Shown here: piece by piece, positions 48,996 to 60,416 of the stretch
Numbering within the stretch: the first letter of the stretch is position 1
Layout: every line of letters begins with the position of its first letter
Assembly (NCBI RefSeq): GCF_964204645.1
Contig: NC_134025.1
Coordinates: forward strand, 27,384,299 to 27,448,298
Direction of reading: 5' to 3'
Source of the DNA: Tubulanus polymorphus
Taxonomy: Eukaryota; Animalia; Nemertea
DNA: 64,000 bases
The notes under the pieces: generated by a model
What the model saw: the letters and a program-made list of their open reading frames with translations, nothing else
Database searches by the model: none
What the model was told of the DNA's origin: nothing
Position numbers and translations under genes: made by a program

Positions 48996-51427
48996 TCATT
49001 GGATCTTTGAGTCTGGATGAAGAAGGTGTTGTCTTTCTTCTTCTATGTTTTCCGCTGATTGTTTACTGCTACAGAAACACCTGTTGTTGGTATTTTTCCA
49101 GGCCAACATTTCGTCCAAAGTCTGAGGAAAGGGTTTGTCATGTGTTTCTGGTAAACATAATATCAGTATTCCAGCTACCACGCAGATAGCACCGATTATT
49201 ACTCCTGGTAACCACGGTATAATTTGTATCTAAAATAAAGGAACAATGTCAGCACCGGTTAAAGGAAAGAAAAACTTGCGGCATTTTAAGCGGAATTATT
49301 AGAAATCTACCACATATGTTGAGAATGGCGCTATCATAGCACCAATTCGGCTAGTCACATTACAAACTCCAAGTCCTGTATTTCTATAATATTATCATTA
49401 AAAAGTGGTTACACATGTGAAAATCTATATATGAATATGAAGAGCAGTATCTAAGAGTTTAATATCTTACCTGAGGTTTGTCGGGAACAGTTCAGGAGTG
49501 TAGAGATACATCGAATCGTAAGCAGCCGATACGAAAGATTTTCCGATTAAATTCAGAACCAGAATGACTATTCCCAAATCTGTACCACCAGCTTAAAGAA
49601 TATATAGATACATCGTTGAAAGTAGGAAATAATCTAGTTAGATAGTTCAATAAGAAGAAATCATGATTTATACATGTCTTGTTTGGTACAAATATCGTCA
49701 CGAGAAGAGCGATCCCAGCTAATAGATGGAAGGCAGATGTAGGTAAACGACGTCCGTATCTAAAACAAATTGCAAATTGTTTCGTTGATTAAAAGTTACA
49801 AAATTACCCGCTAAAACCCGGTGAATGAGATCATTTTGGCCTTACCTTTCAAGAAGGAAAAGTGCAATGAATATTGCAGGTATCTCCACCAATGCAGTCA
49901 AACAGAAATTGATGTATGGATCACCGCTTAATGAAGTTGCCGTAAAGGAAAGACCAAAATATGCAATCGCATCCACGAACCTAAACACATCAAATAATTG
50001 ATTATTTGAGCTACATTTCAGAACTACGACCAAAAATTTGCTGTGTATATTTTAGAGTACCATGTCCATGCTAAAATGATCGTGTATTTTCTTGTTACTG
50101 GATGTCGTATCACTGTACAGAATGTATCTTTGTGGTGGTGTTTATATTTTTCTGGAAGATTCTCCTCATCTTCTTCATCGTTTATAGCTAGTTCGTCCTC
50201 TTTGAAATTTTCGAGGCTCGTGACGTGTAAAGATATTCTATTACAGCGAGCTGCCTTTTTCAGTATGGCTATGGCTTCGTCCGGTTTGCCGTTTGCTACT
50301 AACCACGGAATCGATTCGGGAATTAGCCTTCAAAAGGAAAAACTTCCTGGAACATAAGCAGTTCATCATTGACGAATCGACTGTAAAGAATCTATTTACC
50401 AGTATCCTGGTAATATAATGATTGGTAACAAACCCATCACTAAATTCAAGTGTCTCCAATTTCTGATGAAATAAGCCAAACACAATAATAACAGCAACGA
50501 TAACGCCCAGAAAACCTGCACTAAAATACCGGCATATGTCCTCCTTGATGCGGGGAATAATTCACATGCTAGTACATAGGTAGCGAAACCAACCGCCTAG
50601 ATAATAAAATTCATTCATAAATTTCTGTTTGTGTTTATTGACTATTGAGAAATTTGCATAAATCTTTCGTTTTTTATACTTACAATAGTAATTAACCCAT
50701 GTATAACGCGAAATGCTGCAAACATGATGTAATTCACAGAAAATGCTGATATGACCCATGTAACGACGAGAACTAGAGTACCGTAAATGACAGTTGGTTT
50801 ACGACCGTATTTGTCAGCTAAAGGCATCAGAAGAACAGTACCTAGAGCCATTCCTATTATATAGAGCGTCTGGGAAAAATCCACCATCCATAAATCATCA
50901 CAGACGAGGTTCCACTGGAAGAGGAATAGTTAGCGTTCATATTATTTACATAAGAACTGATGCAATTATATATACATACATTTAAATGTATAAGCCGAAA
51001 TTAATCTAGAACATCGCTTTATAATGATGTCGCTAGTGTGTATGGAATTACCGGTACCTCTGTGACAATTGTTGACCGGTAATATGTGTGATCGTATGTC
51101 CAACCATGTTGGCACGGTACCGTTTTATTACCACTCGCATTCACGTAGATTTCCTGACATTGGTCCGCAAATATGTGAGAAGAGTTTTCTGTGATTTTAC
51201 ACCTATGTACCGGTATAGCACCTAATGGAAGATAATTCAAGTATGAAGAGTTCTAACATCAAACTTGAAATATGCCTTAGAAGTTTGGTGTATTACGTAC
51301 CCACGAAAATAACGCTCATAGCTCCAAAGCAAGTTGTCAGTGCCATCACTAACCCCAAAACAACATACAATAAGATTTGCCATGGGCCGTATCTACCCAG
51401 GCTTTCAATAGCTTCATCCACTAACAT
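48996..51427 (-). CDS. SLC22 organic cation transporter-like, copy A
   Basis: MLVDEAIESLGRYGPWQ, CQHGWTYD, WNLVCD, LADKYGRKP, IPESIPWL, ELFPTNLR, LPET; multi-exon. Confidence 0.9.
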
Positions 51428-52153
51428 TTCTGTGCCGCATTGAAATCGACAGATCAGTCCTGTGACCGCTTGTGACACAATTTGTGACACAATTTGTCCA
51501 AGATTTACCCTTATCGACTTATAACATACAGTGTTCCATGTGTTATACACGTCGGCCTATATGCGTTTTGATTAGAATAAAAAGATACGATTGTACCGAT
51601 TTTACTATAAAGCTCATAATGATATGATGCGACAAACGTTTACTGCGCCATATTGTCATACAATCATATAAGAACGTGTTTGAAATAATATCATCACAGA
51701 GCGGCGCCTCGTGTTTTCTTAATAACAGAACACATGCTCCCTTGAGCTGTCTAGTATACATGTACGTATAAGATATTTTAGGATGTATTCGAAACGTTGA
51801 AAAGTAACTAGTAGCTCAATGATACATTTCGAAATTTTTCTTCTTTCTAAGTGTGGGATTCATTTTCTATATTGAGGAGAAACATAACAATTGGAAGTTT
51901 TTAGGGTAAACCGTCTCTTCAGAGGGCGTCCATTTCTGACTTTGTAAATGTAATTTGCTTGTATGTATGTCGGTGTTGTAAGATTACTTGTTTCAAATAC
52001 CCAAAACATTTTCTATAAATATCCATTTTATGAAAGATTGGTAAAATAAGTTGTTGTATAACTATGTACTAGTTATATACAAACTACACGTTAAATCAAT
52101 TCATATAAATAATGTATAATAATATTTGAATAATGTAATTTATGTCTTCGTCA

Positions 52154-54592
52154 TTAGATGTTGGAGTTTGAATGAAGAAGGCGTTGTCTTTCATCGTCCG
52201 TCGATTCCGATCGTTTGCTGTTACAGAAACACCTGTTGTTGGTATTTTTCCAGGCCAACATTTCGTCCAAAGTTTGAGGGAAGGGTTTGTCATGTGTTTC
52301 TGGTAAACATAATATCAGTATTCCAGCTACCACGCACATAGCACCAAATATTACTCCTGGTAACCACGGTATAATTCGTATCTTAAATAAAGAAACAATC
52401 CAACTCAAGTCAAACAAGTAATACTCGTTGGCATGATATTTTGATTGACATATGCGTGGAAAATGGAATCAAACGGTTATGATACTGGGTTACCTCAATC
52501 CGAATACATACCACGTACGTTGAGAATGGTGCTATCATAGCACCAATTCGACTCGATACATTACAAACTGCGGATCCGGTATTTCTGTAAGAACCAATTT
52601 GATATAAATACGTGATAAGTACTCTAAATAGAAATTGATTAAGGCTTTTTTCATTTTACCTGAGATTTGTCGGGAACAGTTCGGCAGTGAAAAGATAAAT
52701 TGAATCGTAACCAGCCGTAACGAAAGTTTTCCCGATTAAATTCAGAACCAGAATGACTATTCCTAAATCTGTTCCATCAGCTTGAAAATTTAAGAAAAGT
52801 CATTAGACTATGCGATATACGCTTTCAAATAAGATTTTATCAAAAATGTAACTTACACGTCTTGTTTGGTACAAACATCGTTACAAGAAGAGCGATTCCA
52901 GCTAATAGATGGAAGGCGAAGATCGGTAAACGACGTCCGTATCTGAAAATTAGTCCAATCGGCATAAATGACGTATATGCAGCTGGATAACAAGGTTCAT
53001 CGAATGAACAGGGAATCTTACTTTTCAAGAAAGAAAAGTGCAGTGAATATTGCAGGTAGTTCTACCATGGCAGTCAAACAGAAATTGATGTATGGATCAC
53101 CACTTAATGCAGTTGCCGTAAAGGAAAGACCATAATATGCAAACGCATCAACAAACCTAAACAAACGTTAAAATCATTTAATCCTATACAGCAGTTAAAC
53201 TTAAGCTACAATCAGGATAGGCTATTCTAGTGTACCATGTCCATGCTAAAATGATCGTGTATTTCCTTGTCACTGGATGTCGTATCACTGTACAGAATGT
53301 ATCTTTGTGATGGTGTTTGTATTTTTCTGGACGATTTTTCTCATCTTCTTCATCGTTTATAGCTAGTTCATCCTGCTTAGTATTTTCGAGACTTGTGACG
53401 TGTAAAGATATTCTATTAAAGCGAGCTGCCTTTTTCAGTATTGCTATGGCTTCGTCCGGTTTGCCGTTAGCTACTAACCACGGAATCGATTCGGGAATCA
53501 ACCTTCAAAAACAGAAAATTCCTCTAACATAAACAGTTCATCATTTACGAATCGACTGTAAAGAATCTATTTACCAGTATCCTGGTAATATTATGATTGC
53601 TAAAAAACTAATCGCTAAATGTAGGTGTCTCCAATCTCTCATGAAATAAGCAAAACACAATAACAACATCAACGACGAAACCCAGAAAACCAGCGCTAAC
53701 AAACCGGCATATGTCCTCCTTGATGTAGGGAATAATTCACATCCAAGTACGTAGGTAGCGAAACTAACCGCCTAGATAATAGAATTCATTCCGGTATCTA
53801 TTCAGCAATTAATAACGAGAGAAATATCACTCTTTTGGTTTTTATACTTACTACGGTTATTATACCATGTACCACACGAAATGCAGCGAACATGATGTAA
53901 TTCACAGAAAATGCTGATATCACCCATGTAACGACGAGAACTAGAGTACCGTAAATGACAGTTGGTCGACGACCGTATTTGTCAGCTAAAGGCATCAGAA
54001 GAACAGTACCTAGAGCCATTCCTATTATATAGAGCGTCTGGGAAAAATCTACCAACCATAAATCATCACAGACGAGGTTCCACTGAGAAAAAGGGGTTTA
54101 CGAGGAGATAAACTTTTGCACTTATTTCAAAAAGCACACATTTAACGATACAGTTGAATCCAAAATATGTGAACATTCAACGTGATTAATCAATTAGATC
54201 ACCGGATTGATTACCTGTGTGACAATTGTTGACCCGTAATATGTGTGATCGTATGTCGAACCATGTTGGCACGGTACCGATATATTACCACTCGCATTCA
54301 CGTAGATTTCCTGACATTGGTCCGCAACTATGTGAGAGGAGTTTTCTCTGATTTTACACCTATGTACCGGTATAGCACCTAACAGAAGATAATACATGTA
54401 CTTTCCTCGTATGAAGAGTTCTAACATCAAATTTGAAATAGGCCTATAGTTGTATATATACGTACCCACGAAAATAACGCTCATAGCTCCAAAACTGGTT
54501 GTCACTCCCATCACTAACCCCAAAACTATGAATAATGATATTTGCCATGGGCCGTATCTACCCAGACTTTCAATAGCTTCATCCACTAACAT
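52154..54592 (-). CDS. SLC22 organic cation transporter-like, copy B
   Basis: Same exon layout and motifs as copy A. Confidence 0.88.
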
Positions 54593-54987
54593 TGTGCCGC
54601 ATGGAACCTGACAGATCAGTCCTGCGACTGCTTGTGACACAGTTTGTCCTCAACTTACTGTTTTTATCTTCTTTTACCGTACAGTGTTAGATGTATATAT
54701 AATGCATGTACGTATGTGCTTTTTCATTGAGAAACATAACTATTGAGCTTTTTAGGGTTAAACCATCTCTTCAGAGCGCGTCCATTTCTGACTATGTAAA
54801 TGTAATTTGCTTGCATGTCGGTGTTGTAAGATTACTTGTTTCGAATACTCAGAACATTTTCCACAAATAAATATCATTTTTATAAAAGATAAGTAAAATA
54901 CGTTGGTTACTTTATTCATTAGTTATACATAACCACGCGTTAAATCGCTTTATGAAAATAATTTGAATAATGTAATTTATGTCGTCG

Positions 54988-57440
54988 TTATAGGATCTGT
55001 GAATTTGAATGTAGAAGGCGTTGTCTTTCATCGTCCGTGGATTCTGATTGTTCACTGTTACAGAAACACCTGTTGTTGGTATTTTTCCAGGCCAACATTT
55101 CGTCCAAAGTCTGAGGGAAGGGTTTGTCATGTGTTTCTGGTAAACATAATGCCAGTATTCCAGCTACCACGCACATAGCACCGATTATTACTCCTGGTAA
55201 CCACGGTATAATTCGTATCTAAAATAAAGAAACAATCCAACTCAAGTCAAACAAGTAATACTCGTGGCATGATATTTTGATAGACATATGCACGAAAAAT
55301 GGTATAAAACTGTTATGACACTGGGTTACCTCAATCTGAATACATACCACGTACGTTGAGAATGGTGCTATCATAGCGCCAATTCGACTCGATACATTAC
55401 AAACTGCGAGTCCAGTATTTCTGTAAGAACCAATTTGACATAAAAACGTGCAAAGTACTCTGGAGAGATTGATTATTGGATTTTTGATTTTACCTGAGAT
55501 TTGTTGGGAACAGTTCGGGTGTGTAAAGATTAATTGAATCGTAACCAGCCGTAACGAAAGTTTTCCCGATTAAATTCAGAACCAGAATTACTATTCCTAA
55601 ATCTGTCCCACCAGCTTAAAAATGTAAGAAAAGTCATTAGAATATACGATATACGCTTTCAAATAAGATTTTATCGATAATTTAACTTACACGTCTTGCT
55701 TGGCACAAATATCGTTACAAGAAGAGCGATCCCAGCTAATAGATGGAAGGCGAAGATCGGTAAACGACGTCCGTATCTGAAAATTAGTCCAATCGGCACA
55801 ATTGACATACAATTTTATTACAAGGTTACTCAGATGAACAGGTAATCTTACTTTTCAAGAAAGAAAACAGCAATGAATATTGCAGGTAGTTCTACCATGG
55901 CAGTCAAACAGAAATTGATGTATGGATCGCCACTTAATGAAGTTGCCGTAAAAGAAAGACCAAAATATGCAATCGCATCCACAAACCTAAACAAATGTAA
56001 GAATTATTTTCATCTTCAAGCAGTTCAAGAATAAGCTTTTTATATATATTATAGTGTACCATGTCCATGCTAAAATGATCGTGTATTTTCTCGTTACTGG
56101 ATGTCGTATCACTGTACAGATTGTATCATTGTGATGGTGTTTGTATTTTTCGGGGAGATTCTCCTCATCTTCTCCATCGTTTATATCTAGTTCGTCCTGT
56201 TTAGTATTTTCGAGACTCGTGACGTGTAAAGATATTCTATTAAAGCGAGCTGCCTTTTTCAGTATGGCTATGGCTTCGTCCGGTTTGCCGTTTGCTACTA
56301 ACCACGGAATCGATTCGGGAATTAGCCTTCAAAAGGAAAAACTTCCTGTAACATAAGCAGTTCATCATTGACGAATCGAATGTAAAGAATCTATTTACCA
56401 GTATCCTGGTAGTATAATGATTGGTAAAAAACTAATCGCTAAATGCAGGTGTCTCCAATCTCTCATGAAATAAGCCAAACACAATAATAACATCAACGAT
56501 GTAACCCAGAAAACCTGCACTAACAAACCAGCATATGTCCTCCTTGATGCAGGGAATAATTCACATGCCAGTACATAGGAAGCAAAACCAATCGCCTATA
56601 TAATAGAATTCATTCCGACATCTATTTTGCTTTTATGTCAAGAGAAATAAGAAAATAAATCTTTGGGTTTTATACTTACAATGGTTATCAAACCTTGTAT
56701 GACACGAAATGCAGCGAACATGATGTAATTCACAGAAAATGCTGATATGACCCATGTAACGACGAGAACTAGAGTACCGTAAATGACAGTTGGTTTACGA
56801 CCGTATTTGTCAGCTAAAGGCATCAGAAGAACAGTACCTAGAGCCATTCCTATTATATAGAGCGTCTGGGAAAAATCCACCATCCATAAATCATCACAGA
56901 CGAGGTTCCACTGAGAAAAACAATTTAAGTGGGCTTCATTTAACTATTGTGATTATTTAATAAAGCATTCATTTAAAGATACAGATTAATCCAGAATATT
57001 TGAAAATTAAACGTGAATATTCAATTATAATACCACACTATTTATCATACGTAATACCGGATTGATTACCTGTGTGACAATTGTAGACCCATAATATGTG
57101 TGATCGTATGTCCAACCATGTTGGCACGGTACCGTTACATTGCCACTCGCATTCACGTAGATTTCCTGACATTGGTCCGCAACTATGTGAGAGGAGTTTT
57201 CTGATGTTTTACACATATGAGCTGGTATGGCACCTTATGAAAAACAATACAATACAATACATCTAGATATAGGCTATACAGACTCTACCCATTAGATTCC
57301 AAATGCTACGTACCTACGAATATAACGCTCATAGCTCCATAACTAGTTGTCACCCCCATCACTAACCCCAAAACTATGAATAGTGATATTTGCCATGGGC
57401 CGTATCTACCCAGACGTTCAATGGCTTCATCCACTAACAT
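54988..57440 (-). CDS. SLC22 organic cation transporter-like, copy C
   Basis: Same exon layout and motifs as copies A and B. Confidence 0.88.
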
Positions 57441-58419
57441 TTCTGTGCCGCATGAACTTGACGGATCAGTCCTGTGACTGTTAGCCGCAATGTTAAATGA
57501 CACAGTACACAGCATAACCTAAATACCAGTACATTTACTTCGTTTCCGAGTCCATATATCTTATACAAAACACTTCACGACAATATGCCGTGCCTTTATA
57601 TAAAGATTTTGATCAAGGTTTGATAGTTTTAATCAACTCACGCATATCTAAGATTCTTTTCGAAACGTGGTTATTGTAATAACATAATGATCGTTGTCTT
57701 GGGGATTAATTGTCTTTCGTACGAATATGTCTTCGATCAATCATTGGTTTTTCGTCACAGTATGTGAAACTTGATATTGATGAATGCAAGCGCGTAAGTG
57801 GATTTGCTCTTCGCGAGCAGAAACAATTCATTATCCCGAGATAATCATCCTGTTCACTGTGTACAAATACCCTCACCGGTGACATTTATTTTGTATGCGG
57901 GAGAGTTGTATCTAATGCAGAAATCTAATTAATCCACAGCACGGCATTTCTACGGATTCTACAGGAACTCTACTAGAATTGCTTTCCGCTTGGTATCGTA
58001 GTATGATCTTTGGTCATGTACGTATAACAAAATCACGCATCCATTGCTCGCACGTTGCCGCAGGCGTATATTTGCACCCAGTCACTTACGTCTCTCGTGG
58101 ATGTTATAAAGGATATGAAGGTATCGCATCACAGTTTTGCTAGGCTAAACTAAGTCAGGCGTGTTCTAAACATGGCATGCGTCAAGGATATGCCGCTCAG
58201 CATCAGCGACGAATTCTGATGATTATACGTATGTCCTTCTTATAAATCATTGGATGAATATAAACTGTAACGTGACTATAGTTATAAATGTATTGCTTGC
58301 GTCATAGCGTGTAATGATGGAGAAAATGAGTACTAATTTCGCCATCAAGTACAGATTCATGCTGTTTTTATATCAGCTTCCATATTTTGATTAGATGTCA
58401 CATTAGACGGGACATTATA

Positions 58420-59043
58420 ATGTCTGAAAAGCCGTCATCGGAGGCACTATCAGTTCAAGATATCGAGGAAAATTGTTTTAATCTACCGGCTGTCGGAAGA
58501 CCATCACCCGTTGATTCAGAAATTATGTACGTAATTAAAAAAAGACCTGTTTGGGAAAGTCAAAGTGATATAGAAATGATTGATGATTCGGTGATTGGTG
58601 AGGAAGAGGAACATAATCCGAGGTTTAAGGAAACGGATAGATGGGCTGAAAGACACTCAAATTTGGTGAGAATTCGCGGCGGTGTTCAGCCAGGTACGTT
58701 CGATAGCCGAGGAGTGGATATTTCATCAAAAACTCGACGCAGCAAGGCAGATTTGAACTTTTTCATTACATGTACGTGTCATAACAAAAACGAACAGGTC
58801 AAAACGTGTAATGCGTGCGAGGGAAGAACTGAAAATACAGTGATCAATGATGATACTGTCAATTGTACTAGAATTCTTCAGAGGCGTAACGCACTATGTA
58901 ATCCGTTCAAGTTGTTGATGCCGCAAGAACACAAGGAAAAAATTCTCAAAGAGGCAAAAAACACTCGCCACAAGCGTGTTGGTAAGCTGATAAATTCGGT
59001 AAAAGGTTCGCTAGGATGTGAAGTGGAAACTGACTTGAATTGA
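58420..59043 (+). CDS. Hypothetical protein, 207 aa, single coding exon
   Basis: Long stop-free frame in AT-rich DNA, ATG with A at -3, TATA-like elements upstream (58240-58290). No family recognised. Confidence 0.6.
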   Translation: MSEKPSSEALSVQDIEENCFNLPAVGRPSPVDSEIMYVIKKRPVWESQSDIEMIDDSVIGEEEEHNPRFKETDRWAERHSNLVRIRGGVQPGTFDSRGVDISSKTRRSKADLNFFITCTCHNKNEQVKTCNACEGRTENTVINDDTVNCTRILQRRNALCNPFKLLMPQEHKEKILKEAKNTRHKRVGKLINSVKGSLGCEVETDLN

Positions 59044-59080
59044 ACTTTAAGTTTCAAAGCACATTAATAGACCGTCGCCT

Positions 59081-59186
59081 GGGACTGGTTGCACAATCGT
59101 GACTTAAGTGGTCTTAAATCTTAAGACTGGCCTTAAGTTGTTAGATTGGCTGTATATCTGAACTAAGCCGTAATGCAACTAGTCCC
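59081..59186. mobile_element. Small PIF/Harbinger-like MITE
   Basis: TIRs gggactggttgca / tgcaactagtccc (12/13) with ctg at both ends. Confidence 0.7.
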
Positions 59187-59189
59187 CTG

Positions 59190-59767
59190 GGCCCGGTTTT
59201 ACGGAAGCGATAAAGGGCCTCGAGTTGTCGCGTTCCAACTCGACAAATCGCCATATTTATGTCGATATATCGTGATATATCGCGTCAAGTCGACATGAAT
59301 ATATCGACATATCGTGACGTTATCACGACAAATTTCGCTTTTTGCCCATTTTCCACGGGACAAGCCGTCATTTGAAGACACGTCTAAATGTAAGATGAGG
59401 ACGCCAGTGATATGACGACTGAGTTTCAAGTCGTCATGAATATGTCGACTTGTCGCGAGGAAAGTGGTCGAGAGAACGAAATATGTCGTCAAAACGTCAC
59501 GATATATCGACATATTCATGTCGACTTGACGCGATATATCGCGGTATGTCGACATAAAAATGGCGACTTGTCGAGTTGGAACGCGACATCTCGAGGCCCT
59601 TTATCGCTTCCGTACGGTTTCATAGACTGGTATCAAAGTTATCCCTAGGGGACTCCTAAATCTGGCTAACAACCACCACACTAACAATGAGAAACCATGG
59701 CTATAACTGACAAATTTCAAAATGTTCGCAGGGACTATTTTGCTTGCACATATATGAAACCCCAGCC
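59190..59767. mobile_element. Harbinger-like MITE interrupted by a younger insertion
   Basis: Removing 59200-59620 restores ggcccggtttcata, which imperfectly matches tatgaaaccccagcc ending at 59767. Confidence 0.55.
59200..59614. mobile_element. 415-bp foldback MITE with ~140-bp TIRs
   Basis: tacggaagcgataaagggcctcgag... / ...ctcgaggccctttatcgcttccgta, with 6-bp TSD cggttt at 59194-59199 and 59615-59620. Confidence 0.9.
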
Positions 59768-60416
59768 TTAGTGCAACTGGCCCCTGATTATAACTACCAA
59801 AATGTAACAGTTGCTGGACTGGTGTAATCCGTGTTTCAGGTACATATTCATATTTTACTGCATTTGGCATGGAAGTTGTTGGAAATTAAAGTGAATGTAT
59901 ATATATAACGTTGGTACGTGTACATATATAACTTGTCTAAGTCTGTCACTAATTTGTTGTTGTATAAGAGGTCTCAGAAATGCAGAAGATAACTCGAGAT
60001 CGATTGCATTGATTTTGCCTGATAGGAAATTAACTGTAACCGTATAATGAACCAATCGTTATCACATTGGTTTGAATGGTCGGGACACGACCCGACTGTT
60101 CCTTCCGGTAGTAGTCGGGTTTTATTTCTATCATGTTTCTGGATACAACTATTCTACAGTAGTCGTGCGGTAGCTATAAAGCATTATCTTTTCATTTCGG
60201 CCAGAGGGACGACGTCGGACACCTCGCAACGAAGAAAAATTTGCACTGGGCTATTGCATAACCACGGATTGTTCATAAAAGTATAATTAATCAGTAAGAA
60301 GCCCGAGGTCAAAAGTGTTACCAAAATGAACATAATCAGACGATATAAATACGCTATGCCATGGGATTCGAACCTGATTTCATGTAATTCCAGCTCTGGT
60401 AAGTGAGGAATGAAGT

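Noticed and set aside
59199-59648. Opposing ORFs with similar peptides
   Set aside because: Artefacts of the foldback MITE's inverted arms; no transposase motifs.
60355-60400. tRNA gene from a minus-strand B box GGTTCGAATCCC
   Set aside because: No A box, acceptor stem or cloverleaf; at most a SINE remnant.
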